This document shows, piece by piece, positions 18,862-30,200 of a stretch of DNA of 64,000 bases (position 1 is the stretch's first letter; every line of letters starts with the position of its first letter). Position numbers and translations under genes: made by a program. Origin of the DNA: Longimicrobiales bacterium (GTDB taxonomy: Bacteria > Gemmatimonadota > Gemmatimonadetes > Longimicrobiales > Gaopeijiaceae); contig CBDCNQ010000004.1 in assembly GCA_965219445.1 (NCBI GenBank), positions 192,001 to 256,000 on the forward strand. The letters are read 5' to 3'. A model generated the notes under the pieces. It did no database searches and had not been told where the DNA came from. It saw nothing but the letters and a program-made list of their open reading frames with translations.

Positions 18862-19970
18862 TCTCCCACCTCCTTGGTGAGAGCCGCCTCGACCAAGCCG
18901 ATCTGGGACACGACGTTGTCGGTTGCGGGATCCCACGGCGCAGTTGGCCCTCGATGGCGCGACCAGCCATGAAATTCGAAGCCGAGCAGCGTACCGCGAA
19001 GCTGAGTCCTGGGGATAGTGCGGCCCGATGCCAGCGCCAGCGGCGGATACACGTAGAAGCCATAGATCGCCGCCCCCGGATAGGCCGGTGGAATCTCCAG
19101 CGCCAGCATGGTGTGCGCGAGGGTGTAGCCTGCTGGCACCGGAAAGTGCCGGATGAGCAGCCATCGCCGATTAGCATCAACGATCGTCTCCCACTTGAGC
19201 TGGAGGCGGTCGAGATAGGCGGTATCAATGTCCAGCAAACCGAAGTCGCGGCGAGACGCCGGAGGCGCCTCGCCATTGTCGACATTGCGTGGTGTGAGCC
19301 GAAGCTTCTCAATGCCAGGCGTCTCAAGGTCGAGAACATCCGTGAGGCTCACCTCGCGCTTCGTCTTGCCCGCCACCTTGAAGAAGATGTGCCACGGCTT
19401 GCTGGTGTCGAAGCCGGCCTGTTCCATGGCGGCGCTCACGGTAATGGTGCGCGTCGTCACTTCAATCACCACGCCGTGGACGTTGAGCTTCCACGCGGCC
19501 TTGCGGGTGATGAACGATTCGATGCCGTCCATGTCTAGATCGACAAGGTCATCGGCGCCAATGAGCTGATCGGGATAGTCTACCCGCTCCAGATACAGCA
19601 ACTTGTCTGCCGAGATCAAAGCGAGCTTGCGAAGCAGCCCGCCGCTCACAACGCGGCAGGACCAGTCGAAGCGTTGCCCGTCGATTGACAGGAGATAAAC
19701 GCGATCGCTGGCGACGATCACGAAGCGACCGTCATGGTGACGCAGGTCGACGACCTCCTCGAGACGGATGGTCTCGAGCGCGCCGTCCGCGAGGACCTGG
19801 AGGATGATCGCGGTATCGGGGGACTTGAAGCCAGCGGCCCGCGCGAGCTGCGCACCTGTTGGTGTCAGATCATCGATCTTGACGGCTCGGTAGGCCAGCG
19901 TCTCGTCGGCGATGGCGATGCTACGATGGTCTTTACCGCAGCCAAGCGCGGTGTCTGCAATGTCGGACAT
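18858..19970 (-). CDS. Multi-ubiquitin (three Ubl-like repeats) fused to prokaryotic E2-like domain
   Basis: Three repeats ending VDL...F / LDL..PGIEK; linker NVDNG; E2-like P.GY...IPPAYP...WSRH. Confidence 0.85.
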   Translation of the reverse strand: MSDIADTALGCGKDHRSIAIADETLAYRAVKIDDLTPTGAQLARAAGFKSPDTAIILQVLADGALETIRLEEVVDLRHHDGRFVIVASDRVYLLSIDGQRFDWSCRVVSGGLLRKLALISADKLLYLERVDYPDQLIGADDLVDLDMDGIESFITRKAAWKLNVHGVVIEVTTRTITVSAAMEQAGFDTSKPWHIFFKVAGKTKREVSLTDVLDLETPGIEKLRLTPRNVDNGEAPPASRRDFGLLDIDTAYLDRLQLKWETIVDANRRWLLIRHFPVPAGYTLAHTMLALEIPPAYPGAAIYGFYVYPPLALASGRTIPRTQLRGTLLGFEFHGWSRHRGPTAPWDPATDNVVSQIGLVEAALTKEVGE

Positions 19971-20007
19971 AAATCCTCCTAAGTGTCGCCGGCTCCATTG
20001 CCGGTGA

Positions 20008-20072
20008 TGCTAAATTAGAATAGCTTGCCAAGTACGTCAAGCAGCCTCTTCGCAAGCTTGCTGCGTTTAGCA
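20008..20072. promoter_or_regulatory. Palindromic putative operator region upstream of the Ubl operon
   Basis: TGCTAAA (20008) / TTTAGCA (20066) inverted pair and GCAAGCTTGC palindrome (20052-20061). Confidence 0.4.
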
Positions 20073-20085
20073 ATGGGATATAAGA

Positions 20086-21305
20086 TGAATTGCCTCCGTG
20101 TGGTGGACCCCTAGGTCTCTTGGGAGAAAGGAGTTCAGCATGGGAAGAACGAGACCGGCATACCCACCGGAGTTTCGGGAGCAGATGGTGGCGTTGGTGC
20201 GGGCGGGGAGGAGGCCGGAGGAGCTGGCTCGGGAGTTTGAGCCTTCGGCCCAGTCGATCCGCAACTGGGTGGTCCAAGCTGATCTGGATGAAGGGCGAAG
20301 AACTGATGGGTTGACGACCCAGGAGCGCGAGGAGCTCCGGCGCCGGATCAGCGTAAGAGTTCGTGAGAGCCAATCAGGCGAGCTTCCCGGTGCGGCTGAT
20401 GTGCCAAGTGCTGGGCGTCTCCCCCAAGCGGGTACTGTGCGTGGCGCCGTCGAGGGCCTTCGCCGAGAGAGCGGTCACCAACGGGCGACTGCGTGAGCGG
20501 ATGCGGGAGATCCACCGGTCGAGCCACGAGACGTACGGGCGGCCTCGGATGCAGGCGGAGCTTCGTGACGCGTGCTGGGGGGTCAATCACAAGCGTGTGG
20601 CCCGTCTGATGAAGCTCGAGGGCCTCGAGGGTGCGAGCCGTCGCAGAAAGTGGCGTACGACGAAGCGGGCCAAGGACGTACGGCCCGCCCCGGATCTGGT
20701 CGAGCGAGACTTTCTGGTGAGAGGTCCGGACCGGCTCTGGGTGGCGGATGTGACCTACCGTGCCCACCTCGAGCGGGTTCCTGTACCTGGCGGTGGTGAT
20801 GGATGCCTGGAGTCGGCGGGTGGTGGGCCGGTCGATGGAGACGCACCTGAGGACGGAGCTCATGCTCGGGGCGCTGAACATGGCGATCTGGCAGCGACGG
20901 CCCGAAGCGGTGGCCCACCACAGAGACCTGGCCAGTACACGTCGACCGCCTTCGGGCTGCACTGCAAGGAGGCGGGTGTGAGGCCCTCAATGGCCTCGGT
21001 GGGCGATGCCTACGACAACGCGATGTGCGAGAGCTTCTTCGCCACGCTCGAATGCGAGCTGATCGAGCGGAAGCGGTTGCGGAGCCAGGCTGAGGCAAAG
21101 ATGGCTGTGTTCGACTTCATCGAGGGCTGGTATAACCCGCGACACAGACACTCGGCCCTCGACTACGAGTCGCCGATCCACTTCGAACGGCGGAGTGAGG
21201 CTGCCTTCTACTCCCCCGCCGCGCGGGGGAAGCTCCTCACTTCCCACAGCTAGGGGAGGAGTGACAATCCCAGTTCTTACCTGTCCACTCAAAAGGGACA
21301 GCTCG
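20086..21305 (+). mobile_element. Degenerate IS3-family element (orfA truncated, orfB frameshifted)
   Basis: IRs TGAATTGCCTCC..GTGGAC / GTCCAC..GGGACAGCTCG; YPPEFREQMV, WVADVT, YDNAMCESFF and WYNPRHRHSAL spread over several frames. Confidence 0.9.
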
Positions 21306-21353
21306 AAGGAATATAGTTCCGATTCTGCATCCGATTCTCAGAGAGGAGGCCAC

Positions 21354-21737
21354 ATGAGCGATACGCCAGACGTAGGTGCGGGAAAGCCAAATAGGCTAGG
21401 CCAATATCTCAATAGCGTCCGACGCGGTCTTGATCTTTCACTCAGGGACGTCGAAGAAACGACGGGAAAGGAAGTCAGCAATGCCTATTTGAGCCAGCTC
21501 GAAACTGGCAAGATCCGGAAGCCTTCGCCACATATTCTCTACGCTCTGTCTACAGCACTCGCCGTCCCTTACGAGGATCTCATGGAGCGTGCAGGCTATA
21601 TCGCACCGAACCGCGGGAGACCCGAAGGCTCAAAACATGGGAGTGCAGCGACCTTCGCGATCGAGGACCTAACCTCCGACGAGGAAAAAGCGTTGCTTGA
21701 ACATCTCTCCTACATTCGGTGGCAAAGCAACAAATGA
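21354..21737 (+). CDS. XRE-family HTH transcriptional regulator (CapH-like)
   Basis: LSLRDVE..VSNAYLSQLETGK..PSP..L; RBS GGAGG. Confidence 0.9.
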   Translation: MSDTPDVGAGKPNRLGQYLNSVRRGLDLSLRDVEETTGKEVSNAYLSQLETGKIRKPSPHILYALSTALAVPYEDLMERAGYIAPNRGRPEGSKHGSAATFAIEDLTSDEEKALLEHLSYIRWQSNK

Positions 21738-22642
21738 GTCGTCGACCGGACGACTGCTCCTTGAGCTTGGCTCAACTGGCGAAGGTCCGCAAAGAGGCCG
21801 AGCGCTCTCTACGGGAAGCAGATGTGCTCGGCGTCCTGCCGACACCTATCGACCACATCCTCGCTGTAGCGAAGGTAGAGGAGGTAAAGGACAATGTGCT
21901 TGATGAAGGCTTCCTTACCAAAATGCGCACGAAGGCAGGTGGTGGTGCACTCAAGCGAGCTTTATCCAAGGTCATGGGAGTTTTCGACGCCGTCGCTGGC
22001 CTCGTCTTTGTCGACCAGCTTCTGCTGCCGGTAAAGAAGCGATTCGTGACGTTACACGAAGCGGGCCACGGATTCATGCCGTGGCAACGCGCGATGTACA
22101 AGATCGTTGAGGATTGTGCTCAGACACTCGATCCTGAAGCGGCAGATCTTTTTGACCGTGAAGCGAACATGTTCGCCTCGGAAGTGCTCTTTCAGAACGA
22201 TACCTTCTACGACTTGGCTGCGGACGAGAAGTTCGAAATCTGGACGCCGATACGACTTGCGAAGAAGTTCGACGCCTCCCTCTATTCGTCTATCCGCCAA
22301 TATGTCTCAAAGAACGACCGGCGCTGCGTTGTCCTTGTACTACACCCGCCCAAACTTGCTGAAGGCGATGGATTCCGGGCAACGCTTCGACGCGTCATTG
22401 CCTCGAATGCCTTTACGAAGGCATTCGGTGATTATCCCTGGCCGTCAGCCTACACGCCAGATGACCAACTTGGGTGCCTAGTGCCGATTGGCAAACGCAA
22501 ATCATCCGGGAAACGCGAAGTCGTACTCATTGATCGGAATGGAGATCGGCATGAGTGCATCGCCGAGTCTTTCACCCAGACACACCAAGTGTTCATTCTT
22601 ATCCATGCAGTAAAGACACTTGGGCCAGCCGTGGCTTTGTAG
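21734..22642 (+). CDS. ImmA/IrrE-family metallopeptidase (CapP-like)
   Basis: RFVTLHEAGH (HExxH) and EANMFASEVL; ATGA overlap with the HTH gene. Confidence 0.88.
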   Translation: MSRRPDDCSLSLAQLAKVRKEAERSLREADVLGVLPTPIDHILAVAKVEEVKDNVLDEGFLTKMRTKAGGGALKRALSKVMGVFDAVAGLVFVDQLLLPVKKRFVTLHEAGHGFMPWQRAMYKIVEDCAQTLDPEAADLFDREANMFASEVLFQNDTFYDLAADEKFEIWTPIRLAKKFDASLYSSIRQYVSKNDRRCVVLVLHPPKLAEGDGFRATLRRVIASNAFTKAFGDYPWPSAYTPDDQLGCLVPIGKRKSSGKREVVLIDRNGDRHECIAESFTQTHQVFILIHAVKTLGPAVAL

Positions 22643-22655
22643 TCTCCACGAGCGG

Positions 22656-24719
22656 TTACTCCAGCAACTTGAACACTCCGTCTTCCGCGTCCCTGTAGAA
22701 CTCGATGTTGACCTTGGTCCATACATCGTCCTGCAGGTTCATCAACTCGCGACGTGCCCCGACAGGCATCAGGAGCACGGCCGCCTGCTTGTCGACTGCC
22801 AGCTCCGCCATCGCAACCGGGTCCGGGACTTGCTCGAGCGACCCTCCCAAGTTCAGCGGGCCGACGACGATCGTTGCGCCGCGGGTCTTCCGCTCCAGTA
22901 ATCCGCTAACCATGGCCGCGAGCACTGGCAGCCCGAGCCCCCGGCCAGACTTGTCGTTGTCCCGAGGCTGCATCTGAACCGTGTACTGGTGCGCACGCGC
23001 ATCGCGGTCGCCTACCAACGTCTTTCCTGATGCGTAGAGGTTCTGGTGGCCTACGTTCACGCTCTCCCGAAACGCCGGAGGGATCGGCTGGTTCAGGATC
23101 TTCGCGGATCCGGGACCTGGTCCGACAGCCACTTCGATGCGGTAGAGCCCCGGCCCGGTACCTTCTACTCCGGGCCCGATCGCCCACACCTGCCCAGGAG
23201 GCAGCGGGTCTCCGTCAATCGCCTCGTCGCTCCGGAGCTCCGGCGTAGCCACAAACTGCTCCGTACCGTCAACTCCCAGAGTGTACGAAAAATGGGTGCT
23301 TCGGAACTCCGCCTTGAGGCACCGTTTCTGTTGCTCCTTCACGCGGCGGCGGGACTCCAGGGCGACTCGCACCATCCATTCGAGGTCGTCGTCCTCCACC
23401 TCCATCTCCGGGTCCGGCAAGAGGAGCTTGATGAGACCAGAGATTGTCTTGTGCACCGCCTCGATGTCCCGTCCAGACAGCGCGCCACCCCAGAACACCC
23501 GATTCTGGAGAATGGGGAGGCGCGTGGTGTCGCGAAGCTTGGTCCAGCACGCGCTCAGGAAGTCATTGACCAGACCGAAGTGGTCGGTGAGGTGCTCGTT
23601 TGGGTTGAGTTTGGGGAAGTCCCAGCCGGGAGCGTAGGAGTGGATCCGGTCGTGGAAGGCCGTGTCGTCTCGCATCTGCGTAGGGAGCGGGCTCAGCAGG
23701 TGTCCGATGCGCTGCTGCTGCTCTACCGAGACATCGAAATTGCCGACGAGGACCAGAGAACCTTCCGCACGGATGCTCTCCTTGCCCCGGCTGAACTCGC
23801 CCGACGCCATGTAGCCCTTCATGATATTGACGCCGTCCTTCTGATCGAAGGAGATGCCGGCGACCTCGTCGAAGCACAGCACATCGTACTGGCAGACCAG
23901 GCCACGCTGTCCGTTCGCCATGTTCACGAACATCTTGGCCACGGTGGCTTTCCCGCCCGACAGCAAGTGGGAGTACGGAGACAGCTGCTGGTAGACGTGG
24001 CTCTTGCCGGTCCCTCGCGGCCCGAACTCAACGAAGTTGTAGTTGCGTTCGACGAAGGGGATGAGGCGCAAGAGAACGACTCGCTTGGCTCGTTCGTCCA
24101 GCGCCGAGGGCTCGAGGCCCGTGGAGCGGACGAGAAAATCCATCCACTCGGCCGTGGTGAAGGAGCGCCGCCCCTTCGCCAATACTTCGAGGACCGATGG
24201 GTTCGACATCTGGATGGGCCGCATGTCAGCGACACTGAACGGCCGACCGTTCTTCTCCTGTGCGATCACCGCGTCGTACGCCAACGTCACCTCGGCGTAG
24301 AATCCGTCGGCCAGTATCCGTTCGTTCTCGGTAACGACTTCGCTGGCGATCCGGATGTCCCGAAGGCCGAGGCTGGGCAATTCGGCGATGTAACAGTCGT
24401 TCTTGGCATCGAGGCGGGCACGCACGATGTCGATCAGGCGCACCGAGCCCTGCTCGCGGGCGCGCGACTTGAACACTTCCTGCTCGGCGGACCGGACCGT
24501 GCGGCCTTCGAGCTGTGTCTTCACGATCGCGAGACCTTCGTCGATCTCGTCCTGATCGACGCTAGCGCAGTAGCGGCCCAGCAGGAATTCGACGACGTAG
24601 GTAGGGACGGGGTACTGCCGAGCGTAGCGCCGCACGAGATCTTTGCGCACCAGGTAGCCCGGGAACGCTTCGTTGGCCTTGCGGTCCAATGCGTCCATTT
24701 GAAACTCCGGTGCGCTCAT
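22656..24719 (-). CDS. brxL: BREX Lon-like ATPase BrxL
   Basis: VPTYVVEFLLGRYC, GPRGTGKS Walker A, FDEV Walker B, C-terminal Lon-like domain. Confidence 0.93.
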   Translation of the reverse strand: MSAPEFQMDALDRKANEAFPGYLVRKDLVRRYARQYPVPTYVVEFLLGRYCASVDQDEIDEGLAIVKTQLEGRTVRSAEQEVFKSRAREQGSVRLIDIVRARLDAKNDCYIAELPSLGLRDIRIASEVVTENERILADGFYAEVTLAYDAVIAQEKNGRPFSVADMRPIQMSNPSVLEVLAKGRRSFTTAEWMDFLVRSTGLEPSALDERAKRVVLLRLIPFVERNYNFVEFGPRGTGKSHVYQQLSPYSHLLSGGKATVAKMFVNMANGQRGLVCQYDVLCFDEVAGISFDQKDGVNIMKGYMASGEFSRGKESIRAEGSLVLVGNFDVSVEQQQRIGHLLSPLPTQMRDDTAFHDRIHSYAPGWDFPKLNPNEHLTDHFGLVNDFLSACWTKLRDTTRLPILQNRVFWGGALSGRDIEAVHKTISGLIKLLLPDPEMEVEDDDLEWMVRVALESRRRVKEQQKRCLKAEFRSTHFSYTLGVDGTEQFVATPELRSDEAIDGDPLPPGQVWAIGPGVEGTGPGLYRIEVAVGPGPGSAKILNQPIPPAFRESVNVGHQNLYASGKTLVGDRDARAHQYTVQMQPRDNDKSGRGLGLPVLAAMVSGLLERKTRGATIVVGPLNLGGSLEQVPDPVAMAELAVDKQAAVLLMPVGARRELMNLQDDVWTKVNIEFYRDAEDGVFKLLE

Positions 24720-27076
24720 GTGGTGTCTCCCGCGCGGGTCGGCTTCTGGGCGAGAATGCGGCCATCCGGATCGGTTACGACCACGACCAGAGCGGCGTCA
24801 GCGTGCTGGTCGTCGGAGAGAACCAGGCTGACGAGCCCGTCTTCGTCGATTCGCTTAGGTGAGGAAGCCACAGATTGCCCCGCGGGGCTACCGAGCCGCA
24901 GGTCGGCGCTAAGCGGGCCGCCCCGTACCTCGACGTTGACGTTGCAGCGGAACCGAAGCCAGGAGACGTCCCGGATTGTGGCAGCGGCTCCGCCCTCACC
25001 CGCACTTTCCACGCGAATGTCCGGTATGAGGCACTCTTGGACGCTGAGCCCACCGTGAGCGTACTCGTCCCTCTTGCTGAAACAGGCGATACCGGGCGGT
25101 GTCGCGAACGACTCGTTCGGGTCCCAGTGCCAAGAGTGGAGGGGAGCGTCGGGCCTGGAATCGCCGGAGATGACGGCGCAGCGCGCCCACTTGGACGCGG
25201 TGAGGTGCGTCGGGAGGCTGACCATGGGCAATCCGCCGGGGAGCAGGAGCCAGCCGTGGTCGGTAATGACGCGAACCGCTCGCCAGCCGGCCTTGAGCAG
25301 GTCGTTGATGCGGCGGGCCAGGCACCGCAGTTCGTCGTCCAGCAGGCGGGCGAATAGCACCCCATCGGCGTGGTGGCCGTGCTTGTCGATTTCGCCGGTC
25401 TCCATCCAGCCGCGTGGTCCGGCGTCCATCGGAAACTCGAGGGTATCGCCGACGATCTGATAGCCGCGACCCTCCATGGCTCCCCGGAGCTCCTTCTGGT
25501 CCGCCGCCCGGCCCGTGCCCCGCATCACGGGACGGAAGTCCGGACCCAGGCCGTCACCGGCGATGTCACGAGCGGCGGGAGTGACGGCTGGCTTGGCGGT
25601 GGCGGTCACCGTCGGGATCGCAGCCCAACGGTGTCCGGTGGTGGTCCTACAACCCGATCCCTCCAGGCGCTCGACCAAGCGGCGCCCAAGCTCGTACCTG
25701 AGTCCGTCGACGAAGACGACGCACTCGCCTTCGCCCGCAACGACGACGGGTTGGTCGCCGGCGGAGGGGAGCGGCTGCCGGTCCAGTGACGCTTGAAAAG
25801 CGCGAGCAGAATCATCCAGCCAGGACTCAAGCAGATGCCGGACGGCATCGGCGACCGTTTGCTCATACTTGTCAGGGGCCAGGGCGAGGGCCTCCCGGGC
25901 ACTCGCGTCCGCGAGCCAACCGCGATCTGCGTACGCTCGGGCAACATCGTCCGGTGTCGCACCGCCGAGCCTGGTGCGCGCCGACTCCGCGAGCCGGGCC
26001 AGTGGTTCAAGGACCCGGGCGAATGGCGAGCGCCCAAGCTTCGCCCACACCCAGTCCCGGCGGTCACGGTGTTCGGCCTCGAGTCGGACGACCGTTTCGC
26101 AAGCGTCTCCGTGCAACTGTGACTGGAGATCAGCCAAGGCATTCCGTACGGTCTCCTCGTCCTCGTCGTTCTGATCCGGCCACCGTTCACGATGGAGAAC
26201 GAGTTCGCCAACTGGCCGGGCCCGCACAAGCACCTCACCCACCTTGGGAAAGCTATTCGGTGCCTCAGAAAACCGGGTCCAGACATCAGCCCACCGACCC
26301 GCGCCCTCGCCCAGTTTGGCGGCAGCCGATACGTCCGCTTCCGTTGCCGGATCGAACTTAAGTTCCTGACGGCACTCTGCGCGGAATGCCTTCCAACCGC
26401 TGGCCCCCAATTGGGCACGCGCGCCCTCCGGGTCGGCCATCCACCGGAGGACGTCGCGCATCACGTCAACCCCAGCCATGCGGTTGAAGTCGGCGGCGTC
26501 CAGCCGACGGCCTCGGAGTTGGTCCATCGGGGCCAGGAGCACTTGGTCAAGAACTCCCAGCAACGCGGCCGTCGTACCCTGATCGGTCGCAATGTCGAGA
26601 CCCGCTCCTTTGGGTGAGCTGAGGAAGGCCGTTGCACTCCAGTCGCGACCATTGGGGTGGTGCCAAACGATGCCTCGGTAGAGGAGCTCCACGAGCGGTT
26701 TGAGCTCGTCGGGACAATCCTCGCCAGCCCTCAGTTGATCGCGTTCTACTCCGGGGAGGTAGATGATCGGGGTGTGATCTCTAGCGAAGCCAGGAAAATC
26801 GATCGTTCCGTCGATCACGCAGCGGAGCCAAATTGCCGGCCCTGTGCGTTCCTCAGGACGGTAGTCGCCGAGCACTAGCAGTTCAGGAATCTCGGCCCGC
26901 GCGACCGACAAGAGCCGTCGCCATTCCTCTTTCGGGTCCGTCCAGAGAACAGCGACGGGCTCGTCTTCGCCGCTCCGGACTGAGGCCCGACCCCGCAAGC
27001 TCTCGATGAGGTAATCCATGGGCCGGGAAGGACCCTTTCCCGTGCTACCGCGTGCCGCCATATGAGCTGCCGTCAC
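24716..27076 (-). CDS. pglZ: BREX phosphatase PglZ
   Basis: FVDGLRY, PTVTATAK, ITDHGW and YAHGGLS.QE motifs; start could be 27061 or 27019. Confidence 0.92.
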   Translation of the reverse strand: MTAAHMAARGSTGKGPSRPMDYLIESLRGRASVRSGEDEPVAVLWTDPKEEWRRLLSVARAEIPELLVLGDYRPEERTGPAIWLRCVIDGTIDFPGFARDHTPIIYLPGVERDQLRAGEDCPDELKPLVELLYRGIVWHHPNGRDWSATAFLSSPKGAGLDIATDQGTTAALLGVLDQVLLAPMDQLRGRRLDAADFNRMAGVDVMRDVLRWMADPEGARAQLGASGWKAFRAECRQELKFDPATEADVSAAAKLGEGAGRWADVWTRFSEAPNSFPKVGEVLVRARPVGELVLHRERWPDQNDEDEETVRNALADLQSQLHGDACETVVRLEAEHRDRRDWVWAKLGRSPFARVLEPLARLAESARTRLGGATPDDVARAYADRGWLADASAREALALAPDKYEQTVADAVRHLLESWLDDSARAFQASLDRQPLPSAGDQPVVVAGEGECVVFVDGLRYELGRRLVERLEGSGCRTTTGHRWAAIPTVTATAKPAVTPAARDIAGDGLGPDFRPVMRGTGRAADQKELRGAMEGRGYQIVGDTLEFPMDAGPRGWMETGEIDKHGHHADGVLFARLLDDELRCLARRINDLLKAGWRAVRVITDHGWLLLPGGLPMVSLPTHLTASKWARCAVISGDSRPDAPLHSWHWDPNESFATPPGIACFSKRDEYAHGGLSVQECLIPDIRVESAGEGGAAATIRDVSWLRFRCNVNVEVRGGPLSADLRLGSPAGQSVASSPKRIDEDGLVSLVLSDDQHADAALVVVVTDPDGRILAQKPTRAGDTT

Positions 27077-27215
27077 TAGGGATTACTCGGCATCAGCGGA
27101 ATTTCCGGATCGTCGGGCGGCTTCCGAGCCGGAATAGCCGTGGCTGACACCTCGCCCGGATCTCCAAGGTGGACCCGCGAAGGCACAGGATCGATCGGGG
27201 CAAAAGACGACGGTG

Positions 27216-30200
27216 TCACTGTGGTAGCCCTCGGTGCTCTTTCTGCCGAGCCGCCACTTTCGAAGCCCCCGTGTAGTGCAGATCGTTCCAGCGCTTGCCG
27301 TCGAACGCGGCTCCGGCCGGAGCTCTGAAGTCTGTCCGCGCCTCCTGGCTCTCCGTGCCCGGACACCCCCAGAACCATGGGAAGGCCTCCCGGGGACGCG
27401 GCTCTCCGGGTTCGTTCCCCCGGTCCTTGCACCGCCTGATGTTGGGCTTCCATCGGAGGATTCCGGCACCGGCGCGCCCGCCCTTCCGCAGGTCGGCGCG
27501 CATGAAGGGGCGGATGTTCAGGCGGACGCCGTCGTCGAGGTCCGTGTCCCAGCCGATGGCCTGGGCGTGGAGCGGCTTCCAGCGGACAAAGACATCGCAC
27601 GGAGGCTCGCCTTCAAGGATGCGCTTGAGCTGCGCCTGAAGATCCAGCGCGTGAGCGAGGCGGTCGTCGGCTCCGGGGGTGTCGTCACGCTGTTCCGCCC
27701 GCTGCCGCTGGATCCAATCGTTCAGGTAGGCGTAGGCAAGCGATTCGAGCGTCCGTCGGCCCGTGCCGTCCGGCCCGGCAAGGTGGTGGTAGTTGACGAG
27801 CGCGTGGAATCCGTCCTTGCGGCCGTCCCAGATGTGCCAGAGGAAGGGACGGTTATGGAATAGCTGGCAGTGCTCCTCAAAAAATCGGTCGCGGAGCCAG
27901 TCTTCGAGGGACTGAGGCGGTTGTCCGCCTAGCGCGGAGGCGGCAAGAAGCCGGCGTTCGGTGGCGGAGGACCATTCCCCGCCATAAGCATGTGCAAGAA
28001 GCGCACGAAGACGGTCGGCAGCGCTGGGCTCACCCCGGGCGGCAGAGAGGCAGACGATCCCGTCCGCGTCGGCGAATTGGTCGTATGCACCGCCGCAGTC
28101 CGTGATGGCGCGCTGCTCGAAGGCGAGTCGCATCTCCGGGTCCCGCTCGGCGGGCCAGCGGTAGCCGAGCAGGCGGGCGACGGCGACTTGGAGAACGGTG
28201 CTGTCGAAACGGACCGGGCCGTGTGCGGTGAGCTTGGCGTCTTCGTCCCAAATGACGCTCCGGCAGGGGTCGCCGTGGAAGACCCACTGTGTGGGGTCGT
28301 CGGAATAGGGTTCGGGGAGACCGTTGGGGTAGCGTTCGGCGGCGACCTTGGTCCAGTGGTCGAGGTCGAAGGGGACTTTGACTAGGGTCGCCGCGGTGAC
28401 CTTCAGTGCTTGGTCGATTTGTCGCAGAGCAGTCTCATGCATCCCGGACTCACAGAAACACAATACAGCGGAGGCGTGACTCTCGTCGCGCGGAGCCAGT
28501 ACGCCGACATTGTCATCGAATACTTCGCCGCCGTAGGCGTAGGGTGTGAGTTCCCCTGTCTTCCTGACCGCCACTCCATCGCGCTCCCAGATACCGTGCC
28601 CGTGGATCCGGCATCCGGGCATGGCAAGGAGACTCGGATCACTCAGCGGTACCTTGGCTAGCAGCGACCGACCTGTCCACGGCGATGCCTTATCGTCTCC
28701 AGGAGAGTCTAGCCACTTCACAGACTTAGGCAGAATACGAGGAAGCTCCCAGTAGCGGAGCAAAAACCGGGGACGGTCACCCGTGGTACTGCCCTTCCCG
28801 TAATCCGCGATCAGGGAAAGCAGAGGATGATCCTCGAGCGGCTCTAGCAGAACCCGCGAATCCGGATTCCTGAGCTGCTCCGCTTGGACCGATCTCACCA
28901 CCTTCGCCTCCCCGCTCAGCAGTTCCGCCTTCTCGGCCGCCTTGATCGGGCGCTGCCCCCGCGGAGCCGACACGTCAACCCCTGCCATTTCCCACTCCGA
29001 ACCGGGACGGTCGGCCGACAGGATAGTCAGCGCGACGTTGACGACCTCGCCGCTGATCGTCTCGAACGCCCCGGAACCCAACCGCGCCACCACATTCCAC
29101 GTCCGCTCGTTGAGCAACCTCTCGCGCAGCTTCCGGTATGTCGTCAGGAACAGCCAGTTTTGTGGCGTCACGACCGCCTGCGTGCCGTGCTCGCTCAGCC
29201 ACCGGAAGATCCGCGACACAAAGACCGTCGCGATGTCGCCCTTGGCGTGCCCATGGTGCTCTTCGGCGAACTTCCGAAGTCGGCCGCTCTGCTTTCCCCT
29301 AGCCAGGAACGGCACGTTGGTGACTACAAGCGTGTAGCGGCCCGTTAGGATCTCGGCCGCGCGCGCCATGCCCGCCGCCGCCACGGCCCGTTCATCGCGG
29401 CCTGCGGCTCCCCCTTCCCGCCGGATCACGGCATCGAGCGGCTCCCGAAGGGATTCATACTCTGCCCCGAGTAGATCATCTCCCACGGCACCCGGGTCGA
29501 TCAGAGACCCCAGCTCGCGGGCCTGCCCGAAGAGACGGTGCAGCCGGGCCATCCCCTCCTGTAGCGGTCCCCGCGCGAGAGATGCCTTGCTACCGAAGAG
29601 ATCCGGGTCTTCCGCCAGCCCGGTGAACCCTTCCAGGCGGTCCGTCAACGCAACCCATTCGGCCTCGGAGGCCTCTGGTGCGATTCCCGAGCACGCGATG
29701 TTGAGCGGCGGCAGCCGGATCCACCCACCCGCCATCCGCCATGCCGCAAGCGCCACGTTGAACGCGGCGATCTGGGTGCAACGCGGATCGATCTCCAGTC
29801 CGAAGAGGTTGTCCGTCAGGACCGCGCGAATGGCATCGGGCACGGACAGCGCCTCGTCTTCCATCCGCAGCCGCACCAGAAGATCGAAGGCTTCGACCAG
29901 GAAGTGGCCGCTCCCGCAGCAGGGATCGAGAACGCGAAGGTCACGCACTGCTCGGGGCCAGTCCGGAAACGAGCCCGCCGCCGGGCACCAGGGTCCCGAG
30001 CGCTCGCCGTCCCGGTCTTCCGGAGCCTTGCCACACGCGAAGCGCAAGTAGGTGAAGTCGTATCCGCCGCTGGCCTCGAGGCGCATCCGCTCGCGAAGCG
30101 CATCTTCGCTCACGGCCGCGACCGCAAGTTCCGGGTCCTCCCCCAACACCTTGCCCGCACGCCACGCGCCTATGGTGTTGTGCAGGAGGAACAGCACTAT

